In this document: piece by piece, positions 1-8,674 of the stretch
Layout of the letters: every line of letters starts with the position of its first letter
How positions within the stretch are numbered: position 1 is the stretch's first letter
NCBI RefSeq assembly: GCF_011386835.1
Contig: NC_088806.1
Coordinates: 1,054,001-1,118,000, forward strand
DNA length: 64,000 nt
Origin: Chrysemys picta bellii
Taxonomy: Eukaryota
Direction of reading: 5' to 3'
The notes under the pieces: generated by a model
What the model saw: the letters and a program-made list of their open reading frames with translations, nothing else
Database searches by the model: none
What the model was told of the DNA's origin: nothing
Position numbers and translations under genes: made by a program

Positions 1-29
1 TGCAGGGCCCTGAGTCCCCCAATACTCCG

Positions 30-810
30 TGACACCCCTCACTCCCGACCCGCAGCCCCCTCCTCGCCCAGCCCTGCCCCCCCCAGCTCTGCCGGTGCCC
101 CTCACTCCCGACCCGCAGCCCCTGCCAGCCCAGCCCTGCCCCCCCCCAGCTCTGGGGTGCCTCTCACTCCCGACCCGCAGCCCCCTCCTCGCCCAGCCCT
201 GCCCCCCCCCAGCTCTAGGGTGTCCCTCACTCCCGACCCACAGCCCCCTCCTCGCCCAGCCCTGCCCCCCACCCCAGCTCTGGGGTGCCCCTCACTCCCG
301 ACCCGCAGCCCCCTCCTCGCCCAGCCCTGCCCCCCCCAGCTCTGCCGGTGCCCCTCACTCCCGAGCCGCAGCCCCTGCCAGCCCAGCCCTGCCCCCCCCC
401 AGCTCTGGGGTGCCTCTCACTCCCGACCCGCAGCCCCCTCCTCGCCCAGCCTGCCCCCCCCCCAGCTCTAGGGTGTCCCTCACTCCCGACCCACAGCCCC
501 CTCCTCGCCCAGCCCTGCCCCCCCCCAGCTCTGGGGTGCCTCTCACTACCGACCCGCAGCCCCTGCCAGCCCAGCCCTGCCCCCCCCAGCTCTGCCGGTG
601 CCCCTCACTCCCAACCCGCAGCCCCTGCTATCCTGGCCCTGCCCCCCCCCCAGCTCTGCCAGTGCCCCTCACTCCCGACCCGCAGCCCCTGCCAGCCCAG
701 CCCTGCCCCCCCCAGCTCTGCCAGTGCCCCTCACTCCCGACCCGCAGCCCCCTGCTAGCCTAGCCTAGCCCAGCCCTGCCCCCCGCCCAGCTCTGCCGGT
801 GCCCCTCACT
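30..810. repeat. ~62-bp GC-rich minisatellite (CCCCTCACTCCCGACCCGCAGCCCCTGCCAGCCCAGCCCTGCCCCCCCCAGCTCTGCCGGTG), in intron 2 of the ATG16L-like gene
   Basis: About 12-13 tandem units visible; the ORFs here are just the repeat translated. The reverse complement of the same unit recurs at 13905-14236 and 37085-37600. Confidence 0.95.
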
Positions 811-857
811 CCCAATCTGCAGCCCCCAGGAGCAGAGGATTATGGTCCCAGCTTCAC

Positions 858-1541
858 CTGGATTCCTGGGTCCCGGGCTCCAGCTGAAGTTTCTCTACCA
901 ACAGCCGCTCCAGGTCCCGGCGCTCCAGGAGTTTCTCATCTGTAAATGAAGAAAGGGGAGGGGCTGGGAGCCAGGACTCCTGGGTTCTCTCCCCGGCTCT
1001 GGGAGGGGAGTGGGGGCTAGTGGTTAGAGCAGGGGGCTGGGAGCCAGGACTCCTGGGTTCTCTCCCCAGCTCTGGGAGGGGAGGGTGGCTGGTGGGTTAG
1101 ACCGCGGAGGGGGGAGGGGCTGGGAGCCAGGACTCCTGGGTTCTCTCCCCTGCTCTGGGAGGGGGACTGGAGGTCAGGTTTCTGCTATGCCCCCAACTCA
1201 TGGCCCCGCCCCCCCCGCTCGGCACCAGGTCCCACCCCCCCGCTCACGGCTCGGCACCAGGCCCCGCCCCCGCTCACGGCCCGGCACCAGGCCCCGCCCC
1301 CGCTCGGCACCAGGCCCCGCCCCCCGCTCACGGCTCTGCACCAGGCCCCGCCCCCGTTCGGCACCAGGCCGCGCCCCCGCTCACGGCTCGGCACCAGGCC
1401 CCGCCCCCGCTCGGCACCAGGCCCCGCCCCCCGCTCACGGCTCTGCACCAGGCCCTGCACCCGCCGCGTCTCGCGTTCCCGCCGCTCCAGCTCCCGGCGC
1501 ACGTGGCGCCTCCAGGCCGGGCCGGGCCCCGCCCCCTCCAT
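858..1541 (-). CDS. ATG16L-family (autophagy-related 16-like) gene, exons 1-2; the gene continues beyond the left edge
   Basis: Exon 1 1541-1439 (MEGAGPGPAWRRHVRRELERRERETRRVQGLVQS, donor C|GTGAGC) and exon 2 939-858 (acceptor ttcatttacag|, HEKLLERRDLERLLVEKLQLEPGTQESR, donor AG|GTGAAG) splice in frame. The product resembles ATG16L1 [47 protein letters not shown] and the ATG16L2 N-terminus. The paralog cannot be assigned from two exons. Confidence 0.8.
961..1165 (+). mobile_element. Tandem tRNA-derived SINE-head-like repeat (GGGCTGGGAGCCAGGACTCCTGGGTTCTCTCCCC...), about 3 units
   Basis: Units carry an A-box-like TAGTGGTTAGAGC (1019-1031) and a B-box-like GGGTTCTCTCCC. The same repeat occurs at 13447-13660 and 36625-36835. 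Confidence 0.55.
1205..1460 (-). repeat. Minisatellite made of copies of the ATG16L-like exon 1/intron 1 junction (GCCTGGTGC..AGCC|GTGAGCGGGG)
   Basis: CGCTCACGGC (the minus-strand donor GCC|GTGAGCG) occurs 5 times between 1241 and 1441; the copy at ~1325-1345 is identical to the true junction. Confidence 0.85.
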
Positions 1542-1644
1542 CGCTTCCGGGTCACGTGTGCCGCCGCCGCAATGTAGCGCCGAGAAGGGGAGGGGGCGGA
1601 GCCCGGGCCGCGCATGCGCTGAGAGCGTCGGGGCGCGCGGGGCC
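1542..1644. promoter_or_regulatory. 103-bp CpG-rich bidirectional promoter between the ATG16L-like and MED11 start codons
   Basis: Head-to-head ATGs at 1541 (-) and 1645 (+). Contains ETS/GABPA-type CTTCCGG 1544-1550, E-box GTCACGTG 1551-1558 and NRF1-type GCGCATGCGC 1610-1619. Confidence 0.7.
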
Positions 1645-3389
1645 ATGGCCACCTACAGCGTCGCCAACGAGCGGCTGCGGGTGCTGGAGGAGCTGGAGCG
1701 CGAGATCGGCGCCTCGCTGCAGAGCGCGGGTAGGGGCGGGGCCCGGCTGCAGAGCGCGGGTAGGGGCGGGGCCAGCGCCCGGGGGCGGGGCCCGGCTGCA
1801 GAGCGCGGGTAGGGGCGGGGCCAGCGCCCGGGGGCGGGGCCCGGCTGCAGAGCGCGGGTAGGGGCGGGGCCAGGGGCGTGGCTATCGGGTGGGGGCTGGC
1901 TGCAGAGCGCGGGTAGGGGCGGGGCCAGGCTGCAGAGCGCGGGTAGGGGCGGGGCCAGCGCCCGGGGGCGGGGCCCGGCTGCAGAGCGCGGGTAGGGGCG
2001 GGGCCAGGGGGCGTGGCTAACGGGCGGGGGCGGGGGCCGGATTGCAGAGCGCGGGTAGGGGCGGGGCCAGGGGCGTGGCTATCGGGTGGGGGCTGGCTGC
2101 AGAGCGCGGGTAGGGGCGGGGCCAGCGGCCGGGGGCGGGGCCCGGCTGCAGAGCGCGGGTAGGGGCGGGACCAAGGGGCGTGGCTAACGGGCGGGGGCGT
2201 GGCCTGACTGCAGAGCGCGGGTAGGGGCGGGGCCAGGGGGCGTGGCTAACGGGCGGGGGCTGGCTGCAGAGCGCGGGTAGGGGCGGGGCCAGGGGGCGTG
2301 GCTAACGGGCGGGGTGGGGCTGCAAGGGGCGTGGCTAACGGGCGGGCGGGGCCAGGGGGCAGGGGACCCTGTGTCCGGTTGTCGACCCGAACGCCCCATC
2401 GAAGGGGACCTGGCGGCGCCGGTCGGCAGCACTGACCGAGCAGGTAAATGTCCGGTCGGGGCTAAGGCAGGCGAGTCCCCACCTGTCCCGGCTCCGCATG
2501 CCCCTGGGCCGGGAACCAATGGGAGCGAGGGGGCGGGGCCCATGGAGCCTCCCACCCCCCCACCTAGGAGCCCCACCGTCCGGCCAGGCAGCCAGCCTTA
2601 GCCCCCCACTGCTTGGGAGCCCCCCAGGTTACCCCGCGCCCCAACCCCCTCCCCAGCCCTGAGCCCCCCACGGCCCCCTCCTGCCCCCCAATCCTCTCAT
2701 CCCCGGCCCCTCCCAGTGACAGTGAGTGAGGGTGGGGGAGAGGAAGCCGCGGAGGGAGGGGGAATGCAGTGATCGGGGGCGGGGCCTGGGGGAAGGGGCG
2801 GGGCCTCAGTGTTCGGTTTGGTGCAATTAGAAAGTTGGCAACACTAATCCCTTGTGGGAGGTCATGGCGATGGGGGGGGAGAGGTGCCGGGGAATCCCCT
2901 GAGGCGGGGGAGAGGTGCCGGGGTGGATCCCGCCAGCGGGTCAGGCCCGGAACAGGGGGGCGCTTTGGGACGAGGCTCCCCCTCGGGGAGGCGGGGGGGT
3001 TATCGGGGCGCCCCCTCACCCCCGTGCCCCCCCAGGGAACGTGATCCTGGAGCTGTCGAAGGAGAAGCCGAACGAGCGGTTGCTGGAGCGCCAGGCTGCC
3101 CAGTTCACCGCCTCGGTGCAGAAGGTGGAGTCGGAGCTCTCGGGGCAGATCCGGTACCTCACCCAGGTGAGGGGGCGGGGCCGGCGTGGGGGGGCGGGGC
3201 CGTGGGGCGCGCAGGCTCACCCCCCTCTCTGCCATCTCCCCACACACACAGGTGGCCACGGGGCAGCCCCACGAGGGCTCCAGCTACTCGGCCCGCAAGG
3301 GCTGCCAGATGGCGCTGAACCGCGTCGACTACGCCCGCGTCAAGCTGGGAGAGCTGGCCCGCACCTGTGAGCACACGCTGGAGCAATAG
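1645..3389 (+). CDS. MED11: Mediator subunit 11, copy 1, complete (117 aa)
   Basis: Exons 1645-1729, 3036-3166 and 3252-3389, all GT-AG and in frame. [117 protein letters not shown] closely matches human MED11. Confidence 0.98.
1717..2360 (+). repeat. MED11 intron 1 G-rich minisatellite containing about 12 copies of the exon 1 donor (CTGCAGAGCGCGG|GTAGGGGCGGGG)
   Basis: Direct inspection; unit length varies from about 26 to 63 bp. Confidence 0.9.
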
Positions 3390-3769
3390 GGGGCGCCCGC
3401 CCGCCGGCCGGACACGGAGCCCACGCGGGAACACGCCAAGGACACACCAAGAACACACTAAGGACACAGGACCCGCCGGCTGGCCGCTCGCTCGCTCTGC
3501 GCGTCAGGCGGGACAGGCTCTGCTAGGGGAGCGTGGCGCCATTTGCCACAGACGTGACCCACAGGACACATGACAACACAGGACACACAGGATCTCAGGC
3601 CTGGCGTGGGATCGACACGGCGACTGGGCCACGCTCCAACATATGGACTGGTCCCCCCCACCCCCTGGGCGTACCGGGAACATGCGGTGACCCACGCGGC
3701 TCTTGGCTCGGGGGGGGGCCCCCACCGGCGATGGGGGGGGGGGGCTGTTTTTTTCTACTGCCTGTGTTA

Positions 3770-3775
3770 AATAAA
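3770..3775 (+). terminator. Candidate MED11 polyadenylation signal AATAAA (second candidate at 4253-4258)
   Basis: AATAAA lies about 380 nt downstream of the MED11 stop codon. Confidence 0.55.
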
Positions 3776-4961
3776 AGGGGGGAAAAAACCCAAATTGCCC
3801 CACGCTGAGCACCTCGGTCAGGGGTAGGGGGGTGGATGGGGCAGGAGCTGGCAATGGGGCAGCCCCATGCCTGGAAGTGCGGGAGGAGGGAGCCCCCCCG
3901 TGTGGGTCTCCCCACAGTGTAAATCTCACTCCTCCCCCCCCCACACATACACATCCTGATTCCTCACCGATCCCGCCCCCGCTCCGGCCTCCGCACAGAG
4001 GAAGTGAAAATGTCTGGTAGCCGGGGGGGGATGGGGGGGTTCCTCTCTCCAGAGTTGCCCCCCCATCCGTCTCTGGGGGAGGGGCCCCTTGCACGCTGGG
4101 GGTTCAGGCCAGTTCCAGGTGCCCCCCCCCACAGAGAAAGCCTCGGAGAACCGCCCCCGGCACAAATACAGGGACCCCCAAAACCATGCCCACCCCCCAT
4201 GAATAACCAGCCGCAGCCTTGTACAAACATCTGTATTTAAGCTCTTCCAGGGAATAAATTAGTGGGGGCTCTGGGGGGCGGGGGCAGGGCTGGCGTCTCC
4301 CCAGAGCTGGAGTACCTCGTCTGTGGTTAGCGATTAGCTTAGTGCGGGGGGGGGCAGCTCTGCGGGGGCCCCCCCCCAGAGTCGGGGTCCTTCATCAAGT
4401 GGAGGGGGCGGCTGGGCATTAGACCCCCAAGCCCTCTCCCCTGCATACCATCACCCTCCACCCACCCCCCCAAGAAATCAGTGGGGTGCTGGGGTCCATT
4501 CGTGGGGGTAGCCGACAGGTGGCGCCATCCGTCAGCCCAGCTCGCAGGGGGTAGTACGGCGTCCCGGTGCCTGGGGGGGGACAAAACAGGGGGGGGTAAG
4601 AGCAAACTGAGGTCCCCCCGAACCCAGCATGGCCAGGACCCGCTCCGGGAGCTCCCCATGGATAGCAGGAGAGTGGGCGTGGGGGGGGGGTAAATGGGGA
4701 GGGGAAACAAACCCCCACGCCCTGGGTCCAGGGGGTGCAGGGGGGCACAGATCAGGGATGGGTGGATCGGCTGTGGGGGGGGAACATGGGAGGCACACAC
4801 CAGGGATGGGGGGTGGATTGGCCGTGGGGGGGAACGTGGGGGGCACAGACCAGGGACGGGGGGTGGATCGGCTATGGGGGTGCCGGGGGGCACAGAGCCA
4901 GGGGTAAATAGCCAGTCCCCCCAGGGAAGCAGAGCCCCCTAACCCCGCTGCCCCCACTTAC

Positions 4962-6934
4962 CTGGGTCTCTGTGGGGGGGGGGCGGGTCCCCGGGGGGGC
5001 CGCCGGCTCCTCCGGCAGAGCACGTAGGTCAGGGCCCCCACCAGCAGCAAGGTGATGCCCAACAGCACCAGCACCGCCGGGAGGTAGGGACGGGGCTGCC
5101 CCGGGGGGGCCCCGTCGCCTGCTCCCTCCCCCTGCCAGGGCGCCAGGCCGGGCCCCCCAACGGGGTCTGCAAGACAAAGGGGGAGGGGGTTAGAAACCAG
5201 GGGCGGTGCAGAGATCCCCTCCCCCTTGGGGGATCACAGCTGTGAGCTCACCGGTGGTCAGGGCTTCATCTGTGGGTCTGGCCGTGGGTCCGTGTGGCTC
5301 TGGAGGTCCATCTGTGGGTTCGTGGGGCTCCGGGGGTCTGGCCGTGGGTCCGTGCGGCTCTGGGGGTCCGTCTGTGGGTTCGTGGGGCTCCGGAGATCTG
5401 GCCGTGGGTCCGTGCAGCTCTGGGGGTCCGTCTGTGGGTTCGTGGGGCTCCGGGGGTCGGGCCGTGCTGGGCATGGGGGGGTGGGCGTTGGGGGGCGGGG
5501 GGCGTGCTGGTGGGGTTTGGGGCCAGCCCCCCACCCCCTTGGCGGGCATCAATCCGTCCGGCTTCTGCAGGACACGGTGAGTTACTGACCTGGCTGGGCC
5601 AGACGAGGGGGTCTGGGCCCCCCTGCCCCCCAACAGAGTCAGCTCCACCCCCCAGCACCCCACTGTCATCTCTGCCCTGCCCACCCCACCCAGCCCCCCT
5701 TCCCCCGTGTGCCCCCCGTGCCCATCAGACCCGCCCCCCCGCCCGCTCGCGGGGAAGCTGTAGGATCCAGCCCCCTTCCCCCGTGTGCCCTATTCCCAAC
5801 CCCAGAGCCGTGGATGGGGACCCCCCAATCCCAGCTCCATCAAGGGGCACCCCCTTTGTGCAGGGGGGTGGCAGCGGTTGGGGGGAGGGGTCGGACCCAC
5901 CTTTCTTCTCCCAGAGCCGGCGGAGCTCGGTCACCCAGTTGGCGCTGGCCAGCCCACAGATCTGGCCCCGGGGCAGCTCGAACCTGGGGGGCAGGGGGGA
6001 GAAGTGAGGGGGGAGGGTCCGGCCTGGCCCCACGGCAGGGCGGTGGGGAGGACCCAGGCAGGAGCGGCACCAGGGTTTTTGGTGCCCTAGGCGGGGGTCC
6101 TGCCGCACTCCCGGTCGGCGGGGGCAATTCTGCGGCCGGTCCCGGAGCGAGTGAAGGACCCACCGCAGAATTGCCGCCCCCCCCAAATCCTGGCGCCCTA
6201 GGCGACCGCCTAGATCACCTAAATGGAAGGCCCGGCCCCAGGGGGGCTGTGGGGATGGGGGGCTGGCAGGGGGAGGGGCTGGCAGGGGGGCTGTGGGGAT
6301 GGGGGGGCTGGCAGGGGGAGGGGCTGGCAGGGGGGCTGTGGGGATGGGGGGCTGGCAGGGGGATGCGGGGGGAGGGGGCCGGGGCCGGGAATTTGCAGCA
6401 CCAGGCACTGGGGGTGCTCTGGGCAGCGGGGGGCAGGCGGGGTACGTACCGGACGAGGTGCTGGCCGCAGGCCTGGTGGCCCCTCACCTTGTCGGCGAGG
6501 TCCTGGAGCCGGCTCGGGGGGCTCGTCAGCCGCAGGCATTTGCAGAGCCCGAGCGCGCCCCCCTCGTTCCCCCCGCCTGTGGGAGGGAGACACTTGGGGT
6601 TAGGGGTCAGGCACTGGGCACAGGGGGTCCCCCGGGGAGAGATCGGGGGTCCCAGCTGGAGCGGATGGGGGGGTCACACCCCCCGATGGCAGCGGGGGGG
6701 CTATATGGGGGTCAGTAGGGGGGTGTTTAGCCCAGAACCTTCAGCGGGCGGGGGCGGGGGCGGGTCTCAGCCTGGTGCCCCCCCAGCCCCGGGGAGCCGG
6801 GGGGGAGCTGGAGCCGGGCGCGGGGCGCAGTTGGGGACGGGGGGGGGCTCAGCGGGGGGGCTCTTACCCGGCGGGGGGGCCGCCAGCAGCAGCAGCAACA
6901 GGAGGGTCGCTCCGAGGCGGGGGGGCGCTGCCAT
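4962..6934 (-). CDS. CXCL16: Transmembrane chemokine CXCL16, copy 1 (signal peptide, CxC chemokine domain, mucin-like stalk, TM); last exon uncertain
   Basis: Exons 6934-6868 (MAAPPRLGATLLLLLLLAAPPP), 6576-6450 (GGGNEGGALGLCKCLRLTSPPSRLQDLADKVRGHQACGQHLV), 5983-5901 (RFELPRGQICGLASANWVTELRRLWEKK), 5593-5252 (Pro/Thr/Glu stalk) and 5166-~4962 (PYLPAVLVLLGITLLLVGALTYVLCRR, TM) join in frame. GNEG..CxC and RFxL...C...WV.EL match human CXCL16, as does the position between MED11 and ZMYND15. Confidence 0.88.
6058..6240. mobile_element. Putative non-autonomous DNA transposon (MITE-like) in CXCL16 intron 2
   Basis: Internal perfect inverted pair GGCAATTCTGCGG (~6123-6135) / CCGCAGAATTGCC (~6162-6174) and repeated GCCCTAGGCG motifs. 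No clear TSD found. Also present in copy 2 at ~29735-29915. Confidence 0.45.
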
Positions 6935-6947
6935 GGGGCCGGGCACG

Positions 6948-7069
6948 AACCGAAACTGCGCCCGCCGCGCCAGGCACCGGGAACTTTTGAGCCGCCCGGG
7001 GACTTTCCGAGCAGCGCGGGGCGGGGCGGGGCGGGGGCGGCGCGTCCTGGTCCCTGCCTGGGAACTCCC
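6948..7069. promoter_or_regulatory. CXCL16 proximal promoter with NF-kB and IRF-type motifs
   Basis: Canonical kB site GGGACTTTCC 6999-7008, second kB-like site GGGAGTTCCC on the minus strand 7060-7069, IRF-type AACCGAAAC ~6949-6957, and GC boxes 7018-7040. Confidence 0.6.
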
Positions 7070-7895
7070 CCCCCCGGCTCCCTGCAGCCCCCCCCCCCGG
7101 CTCCAATCCCCCCCGGCTCCCTGCAAATCCCCCCCGGCTCCAATCCCCCCCCCCCGGCTCCCTGCAGCCCCCCCCCCGGCTCCAATCCCCCCCCCCGGCT
7201 CCCTGCAGCCCCCCCCCGGCTCCAATCCCCCCCCCGGCTCCCTGCAGCCCCCCCCGGCTCCAATCCCCCCCCCCGGCTCCCTGCAAATCCCCCCCGGCTC
7301 CAATCCCCCCCCCGGCTCCCTGCAAATCCCCCCCGGCTCCAATCCCCCCCGGCTCCCTGCAGCCCCCCCCCGGCTCCAATCCCCCCCCGGCTCCCTGCAG
7401 CCCTCCCCCAACTCCAATCCCCCCCCAGCTCCCTGCAAATCCCCCCGGCTCCCTGCAGCCCCCCCCGACTCCAATCCCCCCCCCAGCTCCCTGCAGCCCC
7501 CCCCCGGCTCCAACCCCCCCGGCTCCCTGCAGCCCCCCCGGCTCCCTACAGCCCCACCCCGACTCCAATCCCCCCCGGCTCCCTGCACCCCCCCCCCGAC
7601 TCCAATCCCGCCCCCGGCTCCCTGCAGCCCCCCCCCGGCTCCAATCCCCCCGGCTCCCTGCAGCCCCCCCGGCTCCAATCCCCCCCCCGGCTCCCTACAG
7701 CCCCCCCCAACTCCAATCCCCCCCCAGCTCCCTGCAAATCCCCCCGGCTCCCTGCAGCCCCCCCCGACTCCAATCCCCCCCGGCTCCCTGCAGCCCCCCC
7801 CCCGACTCCAACCCCCCCCGGCTCCCTGCAGGCCCCCCCCCTGGCTCCAATCCCCCCCCCCGGCTCCCTGCAGCTCCCCCCGACTCCAACCTCCC
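7070..7895. repeat. C-rich minisatellite (GGCTCCCTGCAGCCCCCCCCGGCTCCAATCCCCCCC) immediately upstream of CXCL16
   Basis: About 820 bp here versus about 320 bp in copy 2 (30745-31065); the minus strand is rich in G-runs. Confidence 0.95.
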
Positions 7896-8674
7896 CGGCT
7901 CGGGACAGGCCACCCCATGGCCCGTGGCCCAGGGAAGCCGGCGCCTTTCCCCGGCGGGGGACATGGCCCTGCCCCACCCGGGTCTTCGCACCTTGGCGTT
8001 CGCTGCGGGGAAACGCCGGGTTTGGGGGCGTTGTGCATCTCGCGGTTCCGTGTGAATTGGCCCTTGGGTTCGTTAAGAGCCGAATGGCTTTTGTGCCTCA
8101 GGTGGGGGCAGAAAAGTCACAGGAAAAGTGACCCCCCCCTCCCCCCTCCAAAAAGACCTCAACGGATTTAAAGACAGTTCGGCTTTGCAGCCCGTGGGAA
8201 CGTGGACGGGGGATCCGGGAGGGGAAACGGGATCTTGGTCTCGGTCGCTTGTTGGCTTTGCTCTAAATAGTCCCGGGGGGGCTGGAGGGGGGGGGGGCTG
8301 TTGAGTTGTTTTTGTTGCATGTTCTCGCTTTTGTTTCCTGGGGCTTTTCTGTGACTAACACGGCTGCAGAAGTGGCTATTGGCCAGCTGGGGAGAGCGGC
8401 GAGAAAACGCGCCCTTGGGTGCGTGGGGTTTGGAGCTCGGCAGCTGGGCCCCCCAATCTTCTCTCTAGCCCCCCTCTTTCCCCTCCCCCGGGAAGGGGCT
8501 GGAACCTGTTTCCCCCACAGCCTGACCGACTCCCTGCCTGGTGCGTGTGGGGGCAAAGAGACACCCTCATGGGGGCGAAGGGGGCTGGGGTTGGAGGCAG
8601 ATTAGCAGAGACATTCTGGGGCGGGGTGGGAGCCAAAGGGGAGTTCGCAGGTCGGGTTGGTTTAAAGCGATTTA

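Noticed and set aside
1-1541. Assigning the left-edge gene as ARRB2 or PELP1 from human synteny
   Set aside because: The spliced peptide resembles ATG16L N-termini and neither of those proteins.
5709-8171. 820-aa and 423-aa Pro/Gly-rich ORFs over the CXCL16 5' region
   Set aside because: They run through the C-rich VNTR and antisense to CXCL16 exons, with no recognisable domain; explained by GC content.
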